Source of the DNA: Bacteroidales bacterium
GTDB lineage: Bacteria > Bacteroidota > Bacteroidia > Bacteroidales > ML635J-15
DNA: 64,000 bases
Direction of reading: 5' to 3'
NCBI GenBank assembly: GCA_963676165.1
Contig: OY781043.1
Location: 294,364-358,363 of the forward strand
Shown: positions 1 through 8,426 of the stretch, one piece after another
Position numbering within the stretch: the stretch's first letter is position 1
Layout of the letters: every line of letters begins with the position of its first letter
Notes under the pieces: model-generated
What the model was told of the DNA's origin: nothing
Databases searched by the model: none
What the model saw: the letters and a program-made list of their open reading frames with translations, nothing else
Position numbers and translations under genes: made by a program

Positions 1-1
1 G

Positions 2-55
2 AAACTTTACCCATTAGCTTTTGACAAATTAAAAGATTATATGAATGATTATTAA
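2..55 (+). CDS. 3' end of an unidentified ORF entering from the left edge (...KLYPLAFDKLKDYMNDY*)
   Basis: Frame 2 is open to the window edge, with TAA at 53-55. It is followed by an attC-like repeat, like the other cassette ORFs. Confidence 0.3.
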   Translation, partial: KLYPLAFDKLKDYMNDY

Positions 56-70
56 TGAATAAAGCCCGAA

Positions 71-203
71 CACACAACAATGGCTCATAGGCAATAGCGG
101 GTAAATGCTCATTTCGTAGCTTTGTAACCCGCCCGAGCATTTTCTCAATTTGAAAAGGAAGACGCACGCAAACCGCTACTGCCCATAGCCGAGACCGTTG
201 AAA
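71..203 (+). repeat. attC-like imperfect inverted repeat, site A
   Basis: The left arm CACACAACAATGGCTCATAGGCAATAGCGG (71-100) is imperfectly complementary to the right arm CCGCTACTGCCCATAGCCGAGACCGTTGAAA (173-203). GTTGAAA lies 26 nt before the ATG at 223. Confidence 0.5.
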
Positions 204-222
204 CCAAGAAAAATTCTATAAT

Positions 223-1323
223 ATGAAACAACTAATTGGGATCCTAATTATTCTCAGCTTTATAAGTTGTAAACAACAGACAGAGTGTTCTTATACAATA
301 CCTGTTGATAAAAATGACGGATTGAAAGTTTCTATGCTGGAAGAACACAATCTGGACAGAAAAACTTTTGAAAAAGTCAATAAAGATATTTGTAATGGAG
401 TTTACGGTAATTTGCATAGTGTTCTGGTTATCCACGAAAATGAACTTGTAATCGAACAATATTATAATGGCTGGGATGCGAATCAGATTCATTTTTTAGC
501 ATCCACAACCAAAAGTTTCAGTGCGATAATGATAGGTATAGCAATAGAACAAGGGAAGATTAAAGATGAAAATGAAAAAATGCTTAATTTCTTTCCAGAC
601 TATTATTCTCAATCACATGACACACTTAAAGAAAAAATAACAATTAAGCATCTATTGACTAATACATCTGGATTTGAATGGGACGAAGTTTCATTACCTG
701 TAGATGACCCTGATAATATGGGTTATGAAATGGATGAAGTTGACGATTTGTTTAAAGCTTCAATTGAGTTGCCTATGGATACTATGCCAGGACTTAAATA
801 TTCTTATAGTGGACCGAACAATATCATCATAGGAGAAATAATTAAAGCATCAACAGGGCAAAATGTGGCTGAATTTACTGAAGTAAATCTTTTTAAGCCA
901 CTTGGAATAAGTGATTATCAATGGTATTCAAAAAATGGAATTTATGATGTAGGAGGTGGACTAAAACTAAAATCAAGAGACATTGCGAAATACGGATTGC
1001 TACATTTGAATAAAGGGAAATGGAATGACAAACAAATTGTTTCGTCAGAATGGATGGACAAAATCTTTGAACCATACATTGAAATAAAACATCCTTTATA
1101 TAGTTGCTGCCAATGGCAAATGGTGAAAACGGAATACGGATTTAATTCTTGGTTTATTCCCGGTAATGGTGGACAAATTATAAATGTGGTACCTGACTTA
1201 GATTTGGTAATTGTAATAAATGCGGACAATAGAAAGATTCCAAAAGAAAAGCGAAAACCTTTGGAGTTTTTAATTAAAGATTTGACTAAAATACATCCGA
1301 AAATTAGAAACAACAATACCTGA
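223..1323 (+). CDS. Serine hydrolase, beta-lactamase/transpeptidase-like family, probable lipoprotein
   Basis: 366-aa ORF with a signal peptide plus Cys (ILSFISC). It has the SxxK motif STTKSF and a YSGPNN region typical of class C beta-lactamase-like hydrolases. Confidence 0.75.
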   Translation: MKQLIGILIILSFISCKQQTECSYTIPVDKNDGLKVSMLEEHNLDRKTFEKVNKDICNGVYGNLHSVLVIHENELVIEQYYNGWDANQIHFLASTTKSFSAIMIGIAIEQGKIKDENEKMLNFFPDYYSQSHDTLKEKITIKHLLTNTSGFEWDEVSLPVDDPDNMGYEMDEVDDLFKASIELPMDTMPGLKYSYSGPNNIIIGEIIKASTGQNVAEFTEVNLFKPLGISDYQWYSKNGIYDVGGGLKLKSRDIAKYGLLHLNKGKWNDKQIVSSEWMDKIFEPYIEIKHPLYSCCQWQMVKTEYGFNSWFIPGNGGQIINVVPDLDLVIVINADNRKIPKEKRKPLEFLIKDLTKIHPKIRNNNT

Positions 1324-1373
1324 CACGCGGTATACTTAATTGATGGGTGCCGTGCGTATTCGAGCCGTTAGCG
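1310..1373 (+). repeat. attC-like imperfect inverted repeat, site B (short form)
   Basis: ACAACAATACCTGACACGCGGTATAC overlaps the TGA at 1321-1323. The right arm is GCCGTGCGTATT-CGAGCC-GTTAGCG. AATAC/GTATT and CACGCGG/CCGTGCG pair, leaving CGAGCC unpaired. Confidence 0.55.
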
Positions 1374-1411
1374 GCAAGTTTGGAAGGCAATTGTAATAAA
1401 AAATAAGAATA

Positions 1412-2656
1412 ATGGGGAAAGTTATCATATTTATATTGTCAATTTTGAGCTTTTTGAATTTATCAGCTCAAAATAAAATAATAGGTTTTAAACCGGAGAT
1501 TGAACCATATATCAATTTCATCAAAGAACAACAAATTAGTCCAATAACTTACTTACTAGAAAAGTATAAAACCTATGATGTGATTGTATTTGGAGAGCGA
1601 GATCATAGAGATATAACGCAATATTATTTTTTGGAAAAACTGATAAATTCAGAAGATTTTTACAAACAGGTAAACATTATTTATACCGAGGTTGGATCTT
1701 CCAATTACAATGACACCCTTAATAAGATACTTCAGAATGATTTCTTAAGTGAAGCTGAAGTTGATCAAAAGCTTATAGAAATATATAGAGAAATCTCATA
1801 TCAAGCATTCTGGGATAAAAACAATTTTCTATATCTATGGAAAACAATTTATAAATTCAATCTATCACATCCAAATTATCCTATTACAATTAAAATGACT
1901 TCTCATCCATTTAATTGGCACGAGATATTAGATACGACCATTTGCAGAGTCAAAACACAAGAAGTTGAAGTCAATTATGATAAATCAATGGCTGAATACT
2001 TCCTGGAAAGTTTTGATGAAAACCAAAACAATAAAAGGAATAAAGCCTTTGTTATCATGAATTATCCTCATAGTTTACGAAAATGGACTTCAGATAAAGA
2101 AGTAACTTATTCCGATATGTTTGGTGCTTATGTCGAAAAAGTACTTGAAGGAAGAGTGTGTTACGTGATAGTAAATCCGTATCGAATTAATAGTTTACAG
2201 CCAGTTGCAAATGGAAAGTGGGATGCTGCATTCAAATATTGTGATTACAAAAATATTGGCTTTGATTTCAACAGTTCACCTTTTGGTAAAGATACGTTTG
2301 ATGTTTGGTCCGCTAATGGAATCCTGAGTTTTGAGAATCTCTATGATGGAATTATTTATGTTAGCCCAACATCACAATGTAAAAATATTATAGGAATTCC
2401 TGGCTTTATAGACAGGAAATTTGGAAAAGAATATTTGAGACGCATAAAATTACGTATGTATATTTATACAGGAAAAGAATATAAGACTAAGATTAAATGG
2501 GAAAGAGAGTCTTGCAATACGGTTAGAGTCAGAACGGTACAAGATGATAATGAATTTATGTATGGCGAAGATAAATCTAAATATTTTGATTCTATTGTAA
2601 ATAAGTGGTTAATATTTGAACAAAAACCAGCTAATAATAATGGCAATGGCCAATAG
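1412..2656 (+). CDS. Hypothetical secreted protein
   Basis: 414-aa ORF with an N-terminal signal peptide (FLNLSAQ). The motif VFGERDHRD is faintly reminiscent of the ChaN/erythromycin-esterase/Tiki superfamily. No firm family assignment. Confidence 0.55.
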   Translation: MGKVIIFILSILSFLNLSAQNKIIGFKPEIEPYINFIKEQQISPITYLLEKYKTYDVIVFGERDHRDITQYYFLEKLINSEDFYKQVNIIYTEVGSSNYNDTLNKILQNDFLSEAEVDQKLIEIYREISYQAFWDKNNFLYLWKTIYKFNLSHPNYPITIKMTSHPFNWHEILDTTICRVKTQEVEVNYDKSMAEYFLESFDENQNNKRNKAFVIMNYPHSLRKWTSDKEVTYSDMFGAYVEKVLEGRVCYVIVNPYRINSLQPVANGKWDAAFKYCDYKNIGFDFNSSPFGKDTFDVWSANGILSFENLYDGIIYVSPTSQCKNIIGIPGFIDRKFGKEYLRRIKLRMYIYTGKEYKTKIKWERESCNTVRVRTVQDDNEFMYGEDKSKYFDSIVNKWLIFEQKPANNNGNGQ

Positions 2657-2695
2657 AGTGTTAGAAGGAAAGATAAGCTTGGCTCCTTGTTGAAA
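2633..2695 (+). repeat. Weak attC-like repeat, site C
   Basis: AATAATAATGGCAATGGCCAATAG overlaps the stop at 2654-2656. The right side is AAGCTTGGCTCCTTGTTGAAA, with the same GTTGAAA core as site A. Arm complementarity is poor. Confidence 0.3.
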
Positions 2696-2750
2696 GGTCG
2701 CCAAATTTTAAAATCTTAATTTGGAGTGTAAAACTCCTAAAAGAGCCATT

Positions 2751-2800
2751 TGCAAATTAGCAAAGAAGATTTGATGAATGATCTGATTGAAAGTGAATAA
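2751..2800 (+). repeat. 50-bp exact copy of the 3' end of the TPR gene (matches 5929-5978)
   Basis: TGCAAATTAGCAAAGAAGATTTGATGAATGATCTGATTGAAAGTGAATAA occurs at both places. GTATCAAA follows both copies, after an extra 14 bp at the right copy. Confidence 0.9.
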
Positions 2801-3014
2801 GTATCAAATGTTAGAGTTTTGAGTGAATGTCTCAGGAAATATTATTGCTAATTCAAAGCGAAGACAGCAATCCAATATTGTTGCGCGGTTACAATATGAA
2901 GTTTGGTTCTTTCGAGCTAAATCTGAGCAATTACCTGGGCTTGACTTATGAATTCTAAGCCAAATTGTCTGCTTGTCGTGTGAGGATGATAGTTTTATGG
3001 TATAATGCTTCATT

Positions 3015-3160
3015 TTATCGAAATAAATTTGTACTTTTCGAAAAGAAACAAGCAAACTCGTTTATAAATGCTTACAAACAATTACAAATGCTTATTTCCG
3101 GATGGTAATCGATGGCTATTAAGTAGTTGTGAGAAGGGTGTGGTTATAAACGAGTTGTAA
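3015..3160 (+). repeat. Conserved ~150-bp non-coding element, copy A (hairpin CTCGTTTATAA...TTATAAACGAG ending GTTGTAA)
   Basis: It aligns by eye with 51813-51965. Shared parts are the leader TTATCGAAA..TTTCGA.AAGAAACAAGCA, 11-12 bp terminal inverted repeats, two internal AAATGCTTA(C) direct repeats, and a right end resembling the attC-like GTT core. Confidence 0.6.
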
Positions 3161-3204
3161 AACATTTGTCAGCCCATCTGCTAGTTATTGATAATTGAAA
3201 TATT

Positions 3205-3849
3205 ATGAGACTAAAACTTAATGGAAAAAAATATAGATATCGTCAGGAGTATTATAAGATTGAAGATGAACTGAAAGTAAAATTACCTTCTTATTCCATA
3301 AGTTATTCTGGCAAGGGTTTTTATAACGGTAAATGGCATCCATGTATTTTTCATTTCATAGATTCTTCAGGAAAAATGAAAATATTTATTTCTCCAGGAG
3401 GGGTATTTAAAGAAGGGATGTCTGACCTTGGCAAAGTGGATTCTCAGGGATTTGTAGATAAAATTGAGATTAAAGGTTTTAGGCGATTCCTTATTTTATT
3501 CTATGATTTTCTATTTCAAAAGAAACTTCAAATTTTAGGCATTATTGATAGAGCCAGCTTGATTAGGAAAAACTTAAGGTATATTTCCATTGCATTAATT
3601 GGTTCAATAATTTACTACCTGATTAATCACTTTTTGGATGGGTTCTTACAAGACTTGATAAATAAAAGTAACCTTGTTCAGTCTATAATAGTATTTCTCA
3701 GCTTATCAAGTATAGTTAATATATTCCACCCTTTTACTTTCCGTAAAGAGTTAAAGATTGAAGAAGTCGATGAACTGATTACAAAAAAGATACAGAAAGC
3801 TGAAAAAGAAGCAAAACGTAAGGAGGCAAATAAAAAATATTATCGATAA
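3205..3849 (+). CDS. Hypothetical membrane protein
   Basis: 214-aa ORF with hydrophobic segments (ISIALIGSIIYYLINHF, IIVFLSLSSIV) and a Lys-rich tail. Its stop lies 2 nt before the next ATG. Confidence 0.5.
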   Translation: MRLKLNGKKYRYRQEYYKIEDELKVKLPSYSISYSGKGFYNGKWHPCIFHFIDSSGKMKIFISPGGVFKEGMSDLGKVDSQGFVDKIEIKGFRRFLILFYDFLFQKKLQILGIIDRASLIRKNLRYISIALIGSIIYYLINHFLDGFLQDLINKSNLVQSIIVFLSLSSIVNIFHPFTFRKELKIEEVDELITKKIQKAEKEAKRKEANKKYYR

Positions 3850-3851
3850 TA

Positions 3852-4367
3852 ATGGAGAATGCGATAAAAAATAGAATACCGATTCATGTGGACTTAGAGC
3901 CAAATCGCGATGAAGTTTTTACAGGGATTTGTATAAAGGAAAATCATGAAGTCTTCATTTTTATTTGCTTCAATGAGGAGACAAAGGAATATGATGGATA
4001 CGCCATTTTGAGAAGTCAAGAAATAGAGCAGTATCGATATTGGGATAATGAGGAGCTAAGTGAGATTAAGACTGATAACCACATAGATTTCCTAAATAGA
4101 TTACCGCTGGATAAAATGAATTCATTCCATGAATGTTTAGTTGCATTAAGAGAAAAGGAATTGATTGCCATCTTTACATCAGACGATAATGATTCTTATT
4201 ATGTAGGAAGGATTAATAACCTATCTAATAGTAAGGTAACATTAAAGTTGCTGAGTGAATCTTCAGAGTGGCTGGATGAAAAGAAAATTGATATTGACAA
4301 TATTACGTACATTGGTTTTGATACCAGCTATGAGAAAGAGTTGATTAAAAACGTTTTACAACAATAA
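3852..4367 (+). CDS. Hypothetical cytoplasmic protein (probably co-transcribed with 3205-3849)
   Basis: 171-aa ORF, tightly coupled to the upstream ORF. Its stop codon overlaps the attC-like left core ACAACAATAA. Confidence 0.5.
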   Translation: MENAIKNRIPIHVDLEPNRDEVFTGICIKENHEVFIFICFNEETKEYDGYAILRSQEIEQYRYWDNEELSEIKTDNHIDFLNRLPLDKMNSFHECLVALREKELIAIFTSDDNDSYYVGRINNLSNSKVTLKLLSESSEWLDEKKIDIDNITYIGFDTSYEKELIKNVLQQ

Positions 4368-4486
4368 ATATACGTAATGCGGGGCGATTTTCTAAATTTG
4401 AACTTTAAAGCATTTAATAAACAACTTAGCGGTTTGATAGTGAAGTGCCTTGAAATCCCGCACTACGCATATTCGAGCCGTTATGG
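4358..4486 (+). repeat. attC-like imperfect inverted repeat, site D
   Basis: The left arm ACAAC-AATAAATATACGTAATGCGGGG pairs with the right arm CCCGCACTACGCATATT-CGAGCC-GTTATGG. It has the central motif CGGTTTGATAG. GTT lies 18 nt before the ATG at 4498. Confidence 0.6.
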
Positions 4487-4497
4487 GCATTTGAAAA

Positions 4498-4950
4498 ATG
4501 AGATATTTAATACTTACAATAAGTCTAATATTGAATTTGGGTTTGTTTGCTCAGATAAATGATTCTACCCATTCTTTTGAACTTGACTCAAATGGGATTA
4601 GAATTTATCATTCTGCGGATAAAATGCCTGAAATGTCAATATCTCAAGCTGAATTTATGAGCATATTAAGTTCAAAATTGAATTGGCCAGAGGTTGACAC
4701 AAACTGTTGGTTTGACAAAGTTTGTTTTGGAATAATAGTTTATGCAGATGGAAGTATTAAAACAAATTCATTGAGAATAGTTGGATCAATATGCAATGAT
4801 GATGAAAGAATAGATAAATTGAAAAAGCAATTAAGAACGAATTTAGATGAGATATTTAGTGATTTACCTAAATGGGTGTCAGGAGAAATAAATAATAAGA
4901 AAGTAGCAGTTATGTTAACAATACCTATTCATGTAAATCTTGAGTTATAA
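4498..4950 (+). CDS. Secreted protein with a TonB-C-terminal-like domain
   Basis: 150-aa ORF with a signal peptide (LGLFAQ). The C-terminal KWVSGEINNKKVAVMLTIPIHV resembles the TonB_C motif (W.PG..nGk.V.v...lPi.F). Confidence 0.5.
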   Translation: MRYLILTISLILNLGLFAQINDSTHSFELDSNGIRIYHSADKMPEMSISQAEFMSILSSKLNWPEVDTNCWFDKVCFGIIVYADGSIKTNSLRIVGSICNDDERIDKLKKQLRTNLDEIFSDLPKWVSGEINNKKVAVMLTIPIHVNLEL

Positions 4951-5093
4951 AGAAAAACGCAATTGTTTCAATCACAACAGTCCTCATGATGCTTTATCTA
5001 ATGAAAAATGTCTACTATAACACTGTTTTAAAAAGGAGAAGCCTACATACAAACACAAAAAAAACAACGCGAAAAGTACAAAACATGAACGGT

Positions 5094-5172
5094 ATAACAA
5101 TTAATAAAAGGCTTAGGCTTGATAGATTCTTGCTTCAAAATGCGCAACGTTTTGTACAGCCATCCGTTGGCA
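5094..5172 (+). repeat. Degenerate attC-like repeat, site E
   Basis: ATAACAAT...GGCTTGATAG...CCATCCGTTGGCA keeps the left core, central motif and right core of the family. The arms pair poorly. Confidence 0.3.
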
Positions 5173-5342
5173 TTCATTTTGGAAAAAACATCAAAAGAAG
5201 TATTCATAAAATACTGGACAGACTTTTTAACCAAGCTCTGATGATGTCACACTGATTTATGAGAAAACAAATTGGGTAATGTTTTACCGACATTTTGAAG
5301 TCGCTAATATTTGGAAAAGAACTTAAAGATTAAGCACGCCTT

Positions 5343-5978
5343 ATGAACAGCACAACTTTAATAAGAGGAAAGAGAATGGGAAAAGTAATTTTTCGAAGTT
5401 TGTTGATGATATCTGTTTTGTTGAACAGTATTCAATGTACTAGGAGCCAACAAAACAGAAGTAAAGCAGTTGAATTGAATAACCAGGCTGTGGAATTTCA
5501 ACACCTAGGTCAAGAAGATAAAGCCATGGAATATTATGATAAGGCAATTAAAGCGGATGAAACATACTACATGCCTCATGCAAACAAGGTCGAAATCTAT
5601 TTGTCTCGTAATGAATATGAAAAAGCACTAAGCGAAAGTGAAATAGTGATCAAGAAAAAAACAGATTTGGCAGAGGGTTGGTTCTTTGCAGGTTTATTGC
5701 ACGACTACCTCGGAAATTCAAAAAAAGCACAATCTTATTATCTTCATAGTGTTAAAATCTATGATCAAAGAATAAGCAATACAGATGAGGAGGATAAGAT
5801 TGTAGCAAATAAGTTGAATCGAGCTATTGCCCTGATTTTTATCCTTGGTCGAGAGGGTGAAGGGAAAGCTGAGCTTGAGAAATTGAAAGAATCGGAGAGT
5901 ATTAGTAATGATTTTATTGATTATTTTATGCAAATTAGCAAAGAAGATTTGATGAATGATCTGATTGAAAGTGAATAA
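5343..5978 (+). CDS. TPR-repeat lipoprotein (alternative start 5376)
   Basis: 211-aa ORF. MGKVIFRSLLMISVLLNSIQC is a lipoprotein signal. TPR-like repeats are visible (AMEYYDKAIKADETYYMPHANK, AQSYYLHSVKIYD). Confidence 0.65.
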   Translation: MNSTTLIRGKRMGKVIFRSLLMISVLLNSIQCTRSQQNRSKAVELNNQAVEFQHLGQEDKAMEYYDKAIKADETYYMPHANKVEIYLSRNEYEKALSESEIVIKKKTDLAEGWFFAGLLHDYLGNSKKAQSYYLHSVKIYDQRISNTDEEDKIVANKLNRAIALIFILGREGEGKAELEKLKESESISNDFIDYFMQISKEDLMNDLIESE

Positions 5979-5991
5979 ATATTAAATATTA

Positions 5992-6287
5992 TTGTATCAA
6001 ACTGAAGACGGACAAACAAAAATTGATGTTCGATTAGAAGACGAAACCGTTTGGCTTACAATTAACCAAATGAGTGAATTGTTTCAGAAATCTCGTTCAA
6101 CCATAAATGAGCATATTATTAATATTTTTAATGAAGGTGAGCTCGAAAAAGAACAATCAATGAGAAAAATCGGAATTTCCGATTTTTCTACAAAGCCAAC
6201 CAATATTTATAATCTTGATGTGATTATTTCAGTTGGATATAGGGTTAAAAGCCATCAAGGAACAAAGTTTCGGCAGTGGGCAACTTC
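5992..6287 (+). pseudogene. rhuM-family gene, N-terminal fragment (interrupted)
   Basis: YQTEDGQTKIDVRLEDETVWLTINQMSELFQ...VGYRVKSHQGTKFRQWATS matches the RhuM N-terminus. The frame breaks at the insertion at 6288. Confidence 0.75.
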
Positions 6288-6469
6288 GGATCAAGCAAAA
6301 AAGTTGGGGGACATTGAATGTTTATTATGACCTATATTCTCAAATATTTGGATGGGCTATTTTTTTTGACAGTTCAGCTTATCATTACCAAAATCTGCGC
6401 TAGTCTAGTACTAGCCGCTTTTCGTAAAACTATAGATAGGTATCTGGTAATAATCTAGATACGAGTTTT

Positions 6470-8179
6470 GGCGCCAGACTGTCTAATAACCTTAATAAGT
6501 TTGTTAATAAAGATTTTGCATGAATTCATGTTAAAGGAAAGGATATTAGTACCTTACAATATGAAATTTATAAAAGGAGAAAGTAGGTATTTAAAAAGTC
6601 TATTCCCAGTATCTTTAGAAGAAAGCATTGGTGAGGATAATGAAATTCGCATTATTGACGCATTTGTTGATAATTTAAACTTTTCTGAATTGGGATTTAG
6701 AACACATTACAGAGAAACAGGTCGTCCGGCCTATCACCCCAAAGATTTACTAAAGCTATATATTTATGGATATATGAATAGCATTAGATCATCACGTCGG
6801 TTAGAAAAAGAATGCAAACGAAATATTGAATTGATGTGGCTTTTAAATAATTTGTCACCAGATCATAATACTATATCGAATTTCAGAAAGGACAATTCCA
6901 AATCAATAAAGAAAGTTTTCAGAGAGACGGTTAAGTTATCTCAGTATTTTGAACTTATTGGAGGCGAATTGGTTGCAGGAGACAGCACAAAGCTTAGAGC
7001 CCAGAATAGCAAAAAGAATAATTTCAATCAGAAAAAGATAGAGCGACATCAAGAATATATCGAAAGAAAAATAGAAGAATACGAACAAGAATTAAGTAAT
7101 AACGATGGTGATAATCAGGAAATATTAAAAAAGATTGAGAACAAAAAAGAACTTAAATCAAAGTACGACCGCATGTCTGAGGAATTAACTAGAGATAAAG
7201 AAACACAAATATCAACTAGTGATCCAGATAGTCGAAATATGACTCTTCGAAATAATATATCGGAAGTCGCTTACTGTGTTCAAAGTATGGTTGACGCTAA
7301 GCACAACCTGCTGCTGGACTTTATTGTGACGAACAAAGGTGATAAAAACGCAATGGGAAATATGTTGCAACGTACTAAGTCTATTTTACGTAATACTACT
7401 TTTACTGCTTTATTTGATACTGGATACCATTCAGGGAGAGAGCTAAAAAAAGCAGATGATTTAGGCATCAATGTTCTGGTAAATGTACCTTCTACACCAC
7501 ATGCAAACCAAATTCCTGACCCAAATTATTGTATAAGCAATTTTGTATATGACAAAGAAAATGACACATATACATGCCCAGAAGGTGAAATTTTAATAAC
7601 TAATGGGAATTGGTGTAACGCAAGAAATAAGAATGGAGAAGTTTATTACAGATTTAAAAACTATGGTACCGTTAAATGCAAAGAATGTCCCGTTAGGTCT
7701 AAGTGTACAATAAATAAAAAAGGTCGTAGAATAAAAAGAAGTGAATATGCCGAGAACATACAGTCTAACACGAAACGAATGATTGATTTAAAAGATAAAT
7801 ACCGGCAGCGGAAAAGCATAGTAGAACATCCATTTGGAACAATGAAACGACAATGGGGATACGACCACATAATAACGAAAAAATACATTAAACGAGCAAC
7901 AGCAGATGTTGGGTTGATTTTTTCATGCTATAATATCAAGCGATTAATAAATATTCTGGGAATTGATGCACTAATCGAATCTTTCAATAAGGGAAAGAGG
8001 TTTTGTGCTCAAATATTAACCAGATATGGAATCAAATTAAGACTTTTAAGACCTCTAAATTATTTACACAAACAAGGCTGCACAAAATCAATCCCTAATT
8101 ATTACTACTTATTTAGCAACTATAGGCTTATGAGGGCATGAATTTTTAGAAAATCTTAATTATCAGACAGTCTGGCGCC
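6470..8179 (+). mobile_element. IS1182-family insertion sequence
   Basis: The terminal inverted repeats GGCGCCAGACTGTCTAATAA (6470-) and TTATCAGACAGTCTGGCGCC (-8179) have one mismatch. They enclose a single DDE transposase ORF in 1710 bp. Confidence 0.8.
6561..8141 (+). CDS. IS1182-family (IS5/IS4-like DDE) transposase
   Basis: MKFIKGESRY...RIIDAFVD...TGRPAYHPKDLLKLYIYGY...SSRRLEKEC is the typical IS1182 N-terminus, and HPFGTMKRQWGY the typical C-terminal motif. The upstream TTG-started extension is probably not translated. Confidence 0.8.
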   Translation: MKFIKGESRYLKSLFPVSLEESIGEDNEIRIIDAFVDNLNFSELGFRTHYRETGRPAYHPKDLLKLYIYGYMNSIRSSRRLEKECKRNIELMWLLNNLSPDHNTISNFRKDNSKSIKKVFRETVKLSQYFELIGGELVAGDSTKLRAQNSKKNNFNQKKIERHQEYIERKIEEYEQELSNNDGDNQEILKKIENKKELKSKYDRMSEELTRDKETQISTSDPDSRNMTLRNNISEVAYCVQSMVDAKHNLLLDFIVTNKGDKNAMGNMLQRTKSILRNTTFTALFDTGYHSGRELKKADDLGINVLVNVPSTPHANQIPDPNYCISNFVYDKENDTYTCPEGEILITNGNWCNARNKNGEVYYRFKNYGTVKCKECPVRSKCTINKKGRRIKRSEYAENIQSNTKRMIDLKDKYRQRKSIVEHPFGTMKRQWGYDHIITKKYIKRATADVGLIFSCYNIKRLINILGIDALIESFNKGKRFCAQILTRYGIKLRLLRPLNYLHKQGCTKSIPNYYYLFSNYRLMRA

Positions 8180-8426
8180 TTCGCGTATTTTCTGTGATTT
8201 ATTGAGATGTGTTTGGAGTTTTTGAGCCGCGCATGCGAGCCTGTTTGCCATACTTGGCCGCTAAACAAAACGAGCTTTCTGCGGGTCACGGAAAACATAT
8301 CCAATAAATAAGAAAATTCGGGTCAGCGCCTGATTTTCTTTGCTAGCTTTCTTTCATCAGGAAAGAAAGCGAAGTTGAAAAATGTTAGGTATTAGTGGTT
8401 TGCCCCACAGGAATATTGCTTGATCC

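Larger units (their letters stand above)
6288..8426 (+). mobile_element. Inserted element with 11-bp TIRs and an 8-bp TSD, carrying the IS1182-family IS
   Basis: The TIRs are GGATCAAGCAA (6288-6298) and TTGCTTGATCC (8416-8426). They are flanked by direct repeats GCAACTTC (6280-6287 and 8427-8434). Removing the element plus one TSD copy restores QWATSRLKEY in frame. Confidence 0.75.

Noticed and set aside
2804-3055. 83-aa minus-strand ORF, and the 100-aa ORF at 12697-12999
   Set aside because: Both lie in repeat- or hairpin-rich non-coding tracts, have no recognisable features, and are oriented against the local gene flow.
4377-4562. 61-aa ORF overlapping attC-like site D and the start of the next gene
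   Set aside because: It reads through the repeat and overlaps the better-supported 4498-4950 ORF, which has a signal peptide.
4986-5255. 89-aa ORF (and antisense 5043-5234) between the TonB-C-like and TPR genes
   Set aside because: The peptide is basic and low-complexity, has no RBS-like context, and overlaps degenerate repeat site E. It is probably non-coding.
6462-6469. Target-site duplication for the inner IS1182 element
   Set aside because: The flanks CGAGTTTT and TTCGCGTA share at most TT. The TSD cannot be defined from this single copy.
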